From the NCBI GenBank assembly GCA_036446635.1, contig JAZFTJ010000110.1, positions 1-40,848 of the forward strand: a stretch of 40,848 bases of DNA, given 5' to 3'. A program made the translations under genes and the position numbers. Shown here piece by piece: positions 29,612 through 37,500 of this stretch (position 1 is its first letter; each line of letters starts with the position of its first letter). The notes below the pieces were generated by a model. It searched no databases. It worked only from the letters and a program-made list of their open reading frames with translations, and had not been told where the DNA came from. This stretch comes from Candidatus Hydrothermarchaeales archaeon (lineage in GTDB: Archaea; Hydrothermarchaeota; Hydrothermarchaeia; Hydrothermarchaeales; SZUA-236).

Positions 29612-29776
29612 CTATCTTTTTCTAAATTCACCCATTTCACAACTGGCACAGGGAGGTAGAGTATCATCATCGTTTTCTAGAAACACATCCTGACCGCAGG
29701 ATATACATTCATATCTACCTCTCCCAGGTTTTTCGCTGACCATATAGGTCATCTCTCTCATCTCTCCTTTTTGCAT
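29612..29776 (-). CDS. Small zinc-ribbon protein (54 aa, or shorter from an internal ATG)
   Basis: Below the ORF-track cutoff. Hand translation gives MQKGEMREMTYMVSEKPGRGRYECISCGQDVFLENDDDTLPPCASCEMGEFRKR. The two CxxC pairs form a classic zinc ribbon. GGAGAG precedes the internal ATGs. Confidence 0.4.
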   Translation of the reverse strand: MQKGEMREMTYMVSEKPGRGRYECISCGQDVFLENDDDTLPPCASCEMGEFRKR

Positions 29777-30083
29777 TATCCTTTCAAGGTGGTGTTATTT
29801 AAAATTAATGAAATTTGGCGTTGATTTCTAAAGAGTGTTAAATAGGTGTTGATAGGGACTTGTTTTGATTTTGGATTGGGGAGGGGACAGCCTACGGGAT
29901 AAAACAAAAAAGCATTTGCATTGTCCCATAGGCGCTCAAATCTAAATAACTAAGTGAGATATAAAGGTTTCTTTTTTAAAAAAATAGCTAATTACTATCT
30001 TCAATTTCATCCTTCGCATACTTAGACTGCATCCATATCCCAAAATAGAGGCAGAAGCCGTTTCTCGGCTCTTTTAGCACAGG

Positions 30084-30506
30084 TCATTTGCCCTTAGTCT
30101 TCTTGGCTGTTTTGGCCTTCTTCTTTTTGGCTGGTGTGGATTTGCCTTTCTTTTTTACATCTTTTTTAGATTGTGTCTTCTTTTTTTCAGATTTTTTTGA
30201 CTTTACAGCCTTAGTTGCGGGTTTGGTTTTCTGGGGTTTTTTCTTTATCTTGGGGGGAGTTGGCCTTTTTAATACAACTGCGTCTCCGACCGCGTCTCCC
30301 GGCAGGCCCTTGTCGAATTTTGTCAGGAGGCCTGTCTTTCCATGGGGTTTTAATACCTTTCCTGTGATGGTTTTTCCGGTCCTTGTCTTCCAGAATATTT
30401 TCTTGCCGATCAACTCATGGGGTTTTCCATCTGTGCATTCGATTATGGGGTGATGTGCATATGAGATTCCTCTTCCTCGTTTGAATCCTGTTATCCTTGC
30501 TTCCAT
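30084..30506 (-). CDS. rpl35ae: Ribosomal protein L35Ae (eL33) fused to a ~58-aa lysine-rich C-terminal tail
   Basis: The N-terminal ~80 aa (ITGFKRGRG...LIGKKIFWKTRTGKTITGKVLKPHGKTGLLTKFDKGLPGDAVGDAVVL) matches the L35Ae fold signature. The tail (about nt 30087-30260) contains 28 Lys. Confidence 0.8.
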   Translation of the reverse strand: MEARITGFKRGRGISYAHHPIIECTDGKPHELIGKKIFWKTRTGKTITGKVLKPHGKTGLLTKFDKGLPGDAVGDAVVLKRPTPPKIKKKPQKTKPATKAVKSKKSEKKKTQSKKDVKKKGKSTPAKKKKAKTAKKTKGK

Positions 30507-30620
30507 TTCTCATCCTCCATGTGAGCACTATCTATTTTAGATCTCTTTTTTTTTCTTTGTGGGAATGGGTAAAAGAAATATATATCATTAGTGGTGTATT
30601 AAAGCTCAAAACTATTGTTT

Positions 30621-30694
30621 GGGCCCATAGCTTAGCCTGGCAGAGCGCCCGGCTCATAACCGGGCGGTCAAGGGTTCAAATCCCTTTGGGCCCA
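30621..30694 (+). tRNA. tRNA with CAU anticodon (elongator Met, or Ile2 read via agmatidine)
   Basis: Hand-folded: acceptor GGGCCCA/UGGGCCC, anticodon stem CCCGG/CCGGG, loop CUCAUAA, T-loop UUCAAAU. The GGGCCC acceptor resembles archaeal tRNA-Ile, so Ile2 is plausible. Confidence 0.88.
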
Positions 30695-30850
30695 TGCTTT
30701 TTTTGTCCCAAGACTTTGTTAAGGGGCGGGTTGATTGTGCTTAATATTCTAATAATGTTTTAATAGTAAGAAGGTTCTAAATTGTTCTAAATGTATCCTA
30801 TTATAAACCTAGGATCATAGTAAAAAAATCTCTTAACATGGTGTTTAAAG

Positions 30851-31246
30851 ATGGATAATGGCGTGGTAGTCCTTAGGTCAAGTCAAAAAGAGGTGTTACT
30901 TGAGGAGATCACTGAGAAGCTTGATAAAAAAACCACAGAGGTTCATCTAAGCATTCGACCGACCATCAACATACTGGCATCAATTTTGACCTCAGCACCG
31001 AAGGTAGAAACCATCACATGCCCACCCAGCCTCTTTGAGCGAACCCCGAACAAGATCCGAGATGCTCTTGAAAAGATCGGTGTAAACTTCACCCCACTCC
31101 TACTGACTCCTGGAAGGCCGAGGTCGCATCCGAACTGGAAGATTGAGAAGGTCTATGAGCTGGATAAAAAAGGCCTCTCTGTTAAAGAGATATCCGAAGA
31201 GTTGGATATACCACTCACAACAGTCTACTATTATCTAAAAAAATAG
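30851..31246 (+). CDS. Small protein with a C-terminal HTH (possibly DUF1699-like)
   Basis: 131 aa. C-terminal KKGLSVKEISEELDIPLTTVYYYLKK is a resolvase/sigma-like HTH. The family assignment is tentative and from memory. Confidence 0.5.
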   Translation: MDNGVVVLRSSQKEVLLEEITEKLDKKTTEVHLSIRPTINILASILTSAPKVETITCPPSLFERTPNKIRDALEKIGVNFTPLLLTPGRPRSHPNWKIEKVYELDKKGLSVKEISEELDIPLTTVYYYLKK

Positions 31247-31384
31247 ATAGATCTGCAAGTTTTAAAGAAAAACACTATTTTTTTAATCTAAAACGATTCA
31301 ACAATTCTTTTGTTCAACATCAAATGATAACTTAAAGTCATATATGGAAAAAATATATATCATATAACGGTCTGAAAATTCTTT

Positions 31385-32719
31385 ATGAAGTTGAGGGTAA
31401 TCTTAGCGGTAACCCTAATTCTACTTTTAGCTACCCCTGCCCTAGCTCAAGAAGCCCCTCAAGGCATGAACATAGAAGAGGAGCTTGCCAAGTTTCCTTT
31501 CGCATCTCTTTTGACCATAAAGCAGGGGGGTGATCTTTCAAATGTGGTCCTTGATACGCCCTTGGTCATCGTGGGAAGTGATCTAGATCCGATGGAGAAG
31601 AGTGTTCTGGAACAGGTGATTGATACACTAGGAGGCGTAGGGGCGGATGTTGTAGAGGATGATACAATCAGAGAATTTGATGGCAGGTCCATCTGGAGCT
31701 ATGATCTTATCCTTATAGGCGGGCCAAAGCATAACCAGATCACAAAATGGCTGATGGAACAAGAATATTTTGAGATCAAAGGCAGAGACACCAACAGGCC
31801 CTCTTTTATTGTTGAAAGCGTCACAGGGCCTGAAGGCAAAACAGTCTTGGTGGCAGGTGGGGGTTATGGATATGAGTTTGATGAAAAGGACCTTCCTACA
31901 GAGCCCTTCATCCCTGAGTCGGCGGCTGCAACAGCGGCCGTTGTTACAGGCATTGGGGTTAGCGCAGCTGCAGCGGTAGTTACACAGACAGCAACGACCA
32001 CCGCTACCTCAGCAGCCTCTGGCCAGACTGGAGGCTTCCTAGGGAAGCTCAAAGACTTCATTAGAGGGGGGGGAGAGGAAGTTGCTGAGGAGATGATAAG
32101 TGAAAAGGATAGCATTAAAAAGGAAGAACCAGGGGATAGAGAGAAACCAGGAGGCCTATTTGGCTTTACAGTCAAAGAACTTGGAATAGGAATAGTAGCT
32201 GCCACATTATTCGGCCTAGCCTATGTTTGGGCGGACACACAATCCTTTTCCAATGCCTGGGTGTACATAGTAGCCGCAGGAATTGCAGTTATTGGACACG
32301 AGTTTGCCCACAATGTCATGGCCTTTAAATATAACATAGACGCCAAATTTGAAGTATGGGCTTCAGGGATGGGTATGGTATTATTGACCTCATATCTTTT
32401 TGGAAACGTCTTTGCAACCCCCGGGAGAAGCGTCTTAGATGCAGAGAATGTTGAAAAGAGAACTGCGGGCTTGATCTATTCCATGGGTCCCATTGTGAAC
32501 ATAATTCTTGCAATAATCCTTATTCCTTTCGCTAGTGCTTCAGGGTCTTTGGGCCTCATGGCCTCCGTGGGCATACCTATGAATCTTTTGATAGCTATCT
32601 ATAATTTGTTGCCGATTAAACCCATGGATGGGACGAGTATTAAGAACTGGAAGCTTAGTGTCTGGGTTTTGTTATTTTTCCCTACGTTTGCGGTGTATTT
32701 CTGGGGATATCTCCTTTAG
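31385..32719 (+). CDS. M50 site-2-protease-family metalloprotease with an N-terminal secreted domain and an Ala/Thr-rich linker
   Basis: Signal peptide, then HEFAHNVM (HExxH) and NLLPIKPMDG (the NxxPxxxLDG S2P motif) in the TM region. The ectodomain contains DLILIGGPKHNQIT, which resembles archaeal S-layer N-terminal domains. Confidence 0.78.
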   Translation: MKLRVILAVTLILLLATPALAQEAPQGMNIEEELAKFPFASLLTIKQGGDLSNVVLDTPLVIVGSDLDPMEKSVLEQVIDTLGGVGADVVEDDTIREFDGRSIWSYDLILIGGPKHNQITKWLMEQEYFEIKGRDTNRPSFIVESVTGPEGKTVLVAGGGYGYEFDEKDLPTEPFIPESAAATAAVVTGIGVSAAAAVVTQTATTTATSAASGQTGGFLGKLKDFIRGGGEEVAEEMISEKDSIKKEEPGDREKPGGLFGFTVKELGIGIVAATLFGLAYVWADTQSFSNAWVYIVAAGIAVIGHEFAHNVMAFKYNIDAKFEVWASGMGMVLLTSYLFGNVFATPGRSVLDAENVEKRTAGLIYSMGPIVNIILAIILIPFASASGSLGLMASVGIPMNLLIAIYNLLPIKPMDGTSIKNWKLSVWVLLFFPTFAVYFWGYLL

Positions 32720-32795
32720 GCGTGCGTCTCATCAATAATCTTTTTTTTGGTTACGTCAACGTTTTATAGTCGGAAATATCTCTTTATCTTTTGGA

Positions 32796-32868
32796 GCCGC
32801 CGTAGCTCAGTAGGTAGAGCACCTGGCTGTTAACCAGGTGGTCGTAGGTTCGAGTCCTGCCGGCGGCG
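32796..32868 (+). tRNA. tRNA-Asn (anticodon GUU)
   Basis: Hand-folded: acceptor GCCGCCG/CGGCGGC, anticodon stem CCUGG/CCAGG, loop CUGUUAA, T-loop UUCGAGU. Confidence 0.9.
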
Positions 32869-32972
32869 CTTTTTGTCGTTAAATATGAAATTTTTCAATG
32901 CTTATCCGGTAGCTTTTCTTTTGTCTTTTAACAGACTGAAAAGTAGATATACTACGAGGATGATAATTATTA

Positions 32973-33197
32973 TTGGGAATGGTTATGTCTATGGGTTCTT
33001 CTAAAAAGAAGAAGATTGATGATCTCAAGTCTGAGCTTGAAGAGATTAAGAAGGAGAATATTGATATAAGTGGTCTTGCAAGGTTGCTTGATGACGAGGT
33101 CAAGATGCTCAAGAAAGAGAATGAGAAGATAAAGAAAGAGAACCGGGGGCTAAAGGAAGAGATCGAGGCCGTGCAGAGTGTGTCAAAGGGATCTTGA
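32973..33197 (+). CDS. Small coiled-coil protein (hypothetical)
   Basis: 74 aa with heptad-like charged repeats (LKSELEEIKKENIDISGLARLLDDEVKMLKKENEKIKKENRGLKEEIE). A T-run follows the stop. The start is uncertain. Confidence 0.35.
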   Translation: MGMVMSMGSSKKKKIDDLKSELEEIKKENIDISGLARLLDDEVKMLKKENEKIKKENRGLKEEIEAVQSVSKGS

Positions 33198-33297
33198 AGC
33201 GTTGCGTCACTTTTTTTTCTGCGTAGCTCATTTTAAAATTATTTATATTCATTAGGTTCTTCTCTAAGAGAATATTATTATTTTCTAAACCGGAATT

Positions 33298-33939
33298 ATG
33301 GAAAAGAGGACTAGCATGGAACAAGATTACGAGACCCTACTGGATAAGGCTTATTCGGAGCTGCCTGATGTTCTTAAAGAGAAGGTCAGGTTCAAGATAC
33401 CTGAGGTTGCGTCTATAGTTCAGGGCAGGGTTACTGCGATTACAAACTTAGGGGATATGGCTAAGCAGCTGAACAGGGATGCGAGCATGCTCGCGAAATA
33501 CTTCATCAGCGAACTTGGGACAGGCGGCGAATACGACAGTCACCGCCTCACAATGAAGGGGGCATTCAGGCCGGTGCAGCTTCAGGAGAAATTCGAGAGC
33601 TTTGTCTCTCAATACGTGCTCTGCCCGGAGTGCGGGAGACCGGATACCAAGATACTGCATGAGCGGCGGATCCACTTCATCAAATGCGAGGCCTGCGGGT
33701 CAAGGCATCCAATTGGCAAGTTAAAGACGGTCACTACAAAAACAGGTAAAGAAGAGCCTAAGATTGGTGAGGAGATAACCGTCGAAATTACGAAAACAGG
33801 TAGAAAGGGCGATGGAATGGCCAGGCTGGGCGCTTATCTAATATTCGTGAAAGGCGCAAGAGAGGGTCAGAGGGCAAAGGTCAAGATCACAGGTATGCAG
33901 GGGAACATGCTATTTGCAGACCTTGTAACAGTTTTGTGA
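33298..33939 (+). CDS. eif2b: Translation initiation factor aIF2 beta subunit with a C-terminal TRAM domain
   Basis: aIF2-beta core with a zinc ribbon (CPECGRPDT...CEACGS). This is followed by GEEITVEITKTGRKGDGMARLGAYLIFVKGAREGQRAKVKITGMQGNMLFADLV, a TRAM/OB-like module. Confidence 0.85.
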   Translation: MEKRTSMEQDYETLLDKAYSELPDVLKEKVRFKIPEVASIVQGRVTAITNLGDMAKQLNRDASMLAKYFISELGTGGEYDSHRLTMKGAFRPVQLQEKFESFVSQYVLCPECGRPDTKILHERRIHFIKCEACGSRHPIGKLKTVTTKTGKEEPKIGEEITVEITKTGRKGDGMARLGAYLIFVKGAREGQRAKVKITGMQGNMLFADLVTVL

Positions 33940-34985
33940 TTGGAGATGCATGCTTGAAGATTCTAGCGATTGATGTTGGCATGGGGACCCAGGATACACT
34001 TTTGTATGATTCAGAGAAGAGTCAGGAGAATAACATAAAGCTGGTTTTTCCATCCCAGACTCAGATACTTAAGAATAAGGTTTTAAGGTCCAAGAAGAAC
34101 CTGGTAATAACGGGTGAGACCATGGGGGGCGGCCCGATCTCTTCTGCTATAATCAAACATATAAAGAAGGGCTTCAAGGTTGTTATGACCGAGACTTCCG
34201 CTAAAACCATCAACGACGATCTGGAAAAGGTCGTTGATATGGGGGGTGAAATTATAGGGGAAGAGGATGTTTCTGATTTTAAAGACTATGAGCATATAGT
34301 GACAAGGGATGTGAACTTTGATCTTTTGAACACAATACTGGATAACCTGGGTGTTTCAAGTGACGATATTGACTTTGTGGGGGTTGCTGTTCAGGACCAT
34401 GGATATTGCAAGGGAAAGTCGGACAGGACCTTCAGGTTTGAAAGGATAAAAGAGGTCTTAGAGAACGGTGGGACACTGAAGGATTTTGCATATTCAGATC
34501 CGCCCAGATATCTGACCCGGATGGCGTCTGTTAAAAGAGATGTTCAGAAATATTTTGAAAACTTCTTAATTTTTGACACCAAGTTCGCTGCAATTGAAGG
34601 CTCGTTGCATGAGGTAAATGAGCGGCCTATCATCTCGGTGGACGTGGGGAATGGCCATACCCTAGGCGCTGTGATAAGTAATAAGGGTATGGGACTGTTT
34701 GAACATCATACACATCAACTTTCAACGGGTAAGCTTGAGGATTTGCTTACAAGACTTGCTGATGGTGTGCTTAGAAACGAAGAGGTGTTCGATGATGGGG
34801 GTCATGGGTGCTATGTTCAAGAAGGTGTGGGAATGAAGAACATCTCCCGAGTCTTGGTTACCGGCCCCAACAGGGGTCTTTTAAAACAATCCCGGTTGCG
34901 GGTGGAGTTTGCGAATCCGATGGGCGATGTTATGATGACAGGACCTGTTGGCATGGTTGACTTAATCCTGGAGAATTTCGTCTGA
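33936..34985 (+). CDS. ASKHA-fold protein (DUF1786-like, often annotated as putative pyruvate formate-lyase activase)
   Basis: ILAIDVGMGTQD is a phosphate-1-type DxGxGT motif, and a second VDVGNGHT is present. The family name is from memory. The start is either GTG 33936 (GTGA overlap with the aIF2-beta stop) or TTG 33954. Confidence 0.5.
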   Translation: MIGDACLKILAIDVGMGTQDTLLYDSEKSQENNIKLVFPSQTQILKNKVLRSKKNLVITGETMGGGPISSAIIKHIKKGFKVVMTETSAKTINDDLEKVVDMGGEIIGEEDVSDFKDYEHIVTRDVNFDLLNTILDNLGVSSDDIDFVGVAVQDHGYCKGKSDRTFRFERIKEVLENGGTLKDFAYSDPPRYLTRMASVKRDVQKYFENFLIFDTKFAAIEGSLHEVNERPIISVDVGNGHTLGAVISNKGMGLFEHHTHQLSTGKLEDLLTRLADGVLRNEEVFDDGGHGCYVQEGVGMKNISRVLVTGPNRGLLKQSRLRVEFANPMGDVMMTGPVGMVDLILENFV

Positions 34986-35076
34986 GTCGACCCCTAACTT
35001 ATATTACTATGGGTAATATATTTGACCGCAAAATATAAATAAAAAGAATATTGCTTTTAGAGCCGAAGGTGATTGC

Positions 35077-36321
35077 GTGAGTTTTGTCAGCGGCTTAAAA
35101 TGCAGGAACTGCGGAAAGGAATATGAAGAAGGGCCCACCAGCATCTGCGAGGAATGTTTCGGCCCCTTGGAAGTCGTCTATGACTTTGAGGCTATCAAAA
35201 ACGTCACAACCAAAAAGAGTATAGCCTCAGGTCCGAAAGACATCTGGAGATATAAGAACCTTCTTCCTGTAAATGAGAATGTCATAAACATGTGCACAGG
35301 CTTTACACCACTACATAAAGCTGACAATCTCGCCGAGAAGCTTGGGCTAAAAGAGCTATATGTGAAAAACGATTCAGTCAACCCCACGTTCTCATTCAAA
35401 GACCGGGTTGTCTCTGTAGCAGTCTCTAAAGCAGTGGAGTTCGGATTTGACACTGTAGGATGCGCATCCACGGGCAATCTGGCAAACTCGGTAGCAGCCC
35501 ATGCCGCAAAGGCTAAACTTAACTGCTACATCCTCATCCCCCATGATCTGAACATAGGCAAAATCATACCAACCCTTGCATACGGACCGCATCTGGTAGG
35601 GGTTGAGGGCAATTATGATACGGTCAACAGGCTCTGTGCAGAAGTGGCCGGCTATTACAACTGGGCTTTTGTGAATATAAACCTAAGACCATATTACTCC
35701 GAGGGCTCGAAGACATTGGGCTATGAAGTTTCAGAGCAGCTCGGATGGGAAACCCCTGATAGAGCGATAGTGCCGGTTGGCTCTGGATCACTTTTAACAA
35801 AGATATGGAAGGGCTTTAACGAGATTCAGAGGCTTGGTTTTATTGACGAGGTCAATACAAAGATGACCGCGGCCCAGGCACAGGGATGCTCGCCTGTTAT
35901 TGAAGGATTTAAGACAGGGGAGATAAGGCCTATTAAGCCCAACACCATAGAGAAGAGCTTGGCGATTGGAAATCCTGCGGATGGAGATTACGCTATAAAG
36001 GTGCTGAAGGAGTCAGGTGGGAGCGCGGGCTCTGTAACTGATGAGGAGCTTATAGATGGGATATTGCTTCTGGCGAGGACCGAAGGCATCTTCACAGAGA
36101 CTGCGGGGGGGGTTGTAGTGGCAACCCTGAAGAAGCTTGTTGAGGAAGGGGAGATAGATACGGATGAGAGGACGGTTATCTATATAACCGGGAATGGTCT
36201 TAAAACTCAGGAAGTTCTGGTGGATTATCTCCCGAAGATTGTTACTATAAAACCCGACTTGAATGCTTTTAATGAGCACTTTAAGACGTTGGGGTCGGAG
36301 AAGATTAAGATACAGATATAG
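35077..36321 (+). CDS. thrC: Threonine synthase family PLP enzyme with an N-terminal zinc ribbon
   Basis: CRNCGKEY...CEECFGPLEVVYD N-terminal ribbon, FSFKDR (PLP lysine), ASTGN and GSGS motifs. 414 aa, GTG start. Confidence 0.82.
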   Translation: MSFVSGLKCRNCGKEYEEGPTSICEECFGPLEVVYDFEAIKNVTTKKSIASGPKDIWRYKNLLPVNENVINMCTGFTPLHKADNLAEKLGLKELYVKNDSVNPTFSFKDRVVSVAVSKAVEFGFDTVGCASTGNLANSVAAHAAKAKLNCYILIPHDLNIGKIIPTLAYGPHLVGVEGNYDTVNRLCAEVAGYYNWAFVNINLRPYYSEGSKTLGYEVSEQLGWETPDRAIVPVGSGSLLTKIWKGFNEIQRLGFIDEVNTKMTAAQAQGCSPVIEGFKTGEIRPIKPNTIEKSLAIGNPADGDYAIKVLKESGGSAGSVTDEELIDGILLLARTEGIFTETAGGVVVATLKKLVEEGEIDTDERTVIYITGNGLKTQEVLVDYLPKIVTIKPDLNAFNEHFKTLGSEKIKIQI

Positions 36322-36339
36322 ATTAGGAGGCAGAGATGT

Positions 36340-36609
36340 ATGGCTATAGTTAGATTATCAACACCACTTAGGAGGTTTACCGGGGGCAAACCAGAGGTAG
36401 AGACAGAGGGGTCTACGTTAAATGAGGCTCTTTTGGATCTTGAGAAAAAATATCCGGGAATATCTGAAAAGATTCTGGATGGGAACGAGATTCAGAGGTT
36501 TGTTAACATATATGTGAGTAATGAGGATGTGCGCTTGGGCGAGGGCTTGGAGACCAAGCTTGGCGAAAAGGATATAATATCTATATTGCCGGCTGTTTCT
36601 GGTGGATAG
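36340..36609 (+). CDS. MoaD/ThiS-family ubiquitin-like sulfur carrier (SAMP-like), C-terminal Gly-Gly
   Basis: 89 aa ending ILPAVSGG. FVNIYVSNEDVR is typical of the MoaD family. AGGAGG lies upstream, 18 nt after the thrC stop. Confidence 0.75.
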   Translation: MAIVRLSTPLRRFTGGKPEVETEGSTLNEALLDLEKKYPGISEKILDGNEIQRFVNIYVSNEDVRLGEGLETKLGEKDIISILPAVSGG

Positions 36610-36661
36610 TTTTATAATTCATATATGCGGATTATAGATATAGATGTAATGAGGTGGTAGA

Positions 36662-37492
36662 ATGGATGTTGGCGATGGTATTTCAGAAGCAGATGTTTCA
36701 AGAGCGATTATCGAGGGATTTACAAAGGATCTTTTAGAGTTCACAAGTACCGATGTCATAATTGTCGGCTCAGGGCCTGCGGGGATGACAGCGGCCAAGT
36801 TCTTGGCAGATGAGGGTGTTAAAACACTGATTATTGAGAGGAACATATATGCTGGTGGGGGTTTCTGGCAGGGCGGGTATCTCTTTCCTAAGACAGTTGT
36901 TGAAGCACCGGCAGACGAGCTTTTTGAGGATCTTGGTATCGAGATGGATGAAGTAAAACCCGGGCTTTTCATTGCCGACTCTTTTAAGATAGTTTCTAAG
37001 CTCTTGGCTTGTACTGCTGACTCAGGTGCAAAATTGCTGAACAGCACATATGTCGATGATGTCATTTATAAAAACGGGAGGGTGAGTGGCGTTGTTGTGA
37101 ACTGGTTCCCCATTACCCAAATGCCTAAATTCATTACCTGTATGGATCCGATAGCTCTTGAAGCCAAGGTGGTTATTGATGCTACAGGGCATGAGGCGAA
37201 TATTGCCACGCGGGTGAAGGAGATTCTTGATCTTGAGAAATTCGATGCTAAGATCGAGAGGCGCCATGGCGCCATGGACGTGCCTAAAGCTGAGCAGGCA
37301 GTGGTTGAGCATACGGAGGAGATTTATCCTGGACTCGTCATCTGTGGCATGGCGGTTGCTAATGTTTACAGAACTCCGAGAATGGGTCCGATCTTTGGTG
37401 GCATGCTGCTTTCAGGTAAAAAGGCGGCTGAGTTGACCTTGGAGATCTTGAAGGACATCAAGCCTGTTTCTGTGAATAAGACTGAGGATTAG
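36662..37492 (+). CDS. thi4: Thiazole synthase Thi4 (archaeal type)
   Basis: DVIIVGSGPAGMTAAKFLADEGVKTLIIERNIYAGGGFWQGGYLFPK, IDATGHEA and PRMGPIFGGMLLSGKKAA are Thi4 signatures. Confidence 0.9.
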   Translation: MDVGDGISEADVSRAIIEGFTKDLLEFTSTDVIIVGSGPAGMTAAKFLADEGVKTLIIERNIYAGGGFWQGGYLFPKTVVEAPADELFEDLGIEMDEVKPGLFIADSFKIVSKLLACTADSGAKLLNSTYVDDVIYKNGRVSGVVVNWFPITQMPKFITCMDPIALEAKVVIDATGHEANIATRVKEILDLEKFDAKIERRHGAMDVPKAEQAVVEHTEEIYPGLVICGMAVANVYRTPRMGPIFGGMLLSGKKAAELTLEILKDIKPVSVNKTED

Positions 37493-37500
37493 GATAGAAA

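Noticed and set aside
30621-31246. tRNA gene followed by a small HTH gene as a possible integrated-element boundary
   Set aside because: No integrase or recombinase, no duplicated tRNA 3' segment that I could spot, and the downstream genes are ordinary cellular functions.
32066-32073. G8 homopolymer inside the M50 protease gene as a possible phase-variation or frameshift site
   Set aside because: The reading frame is intact through it (IRGGGEE). It falls in a flexible linker, and I know of no evidence for slipped-strand switching in this kind of archaeon. It is worth remembering only as a sequencing-error hotspot.
36619-37312. Minus-strand ORFs (148, 96 and 69 aa) opposite thi4
   Set aside because: They are embedded antisense in an unmistakable Thi4 gene.
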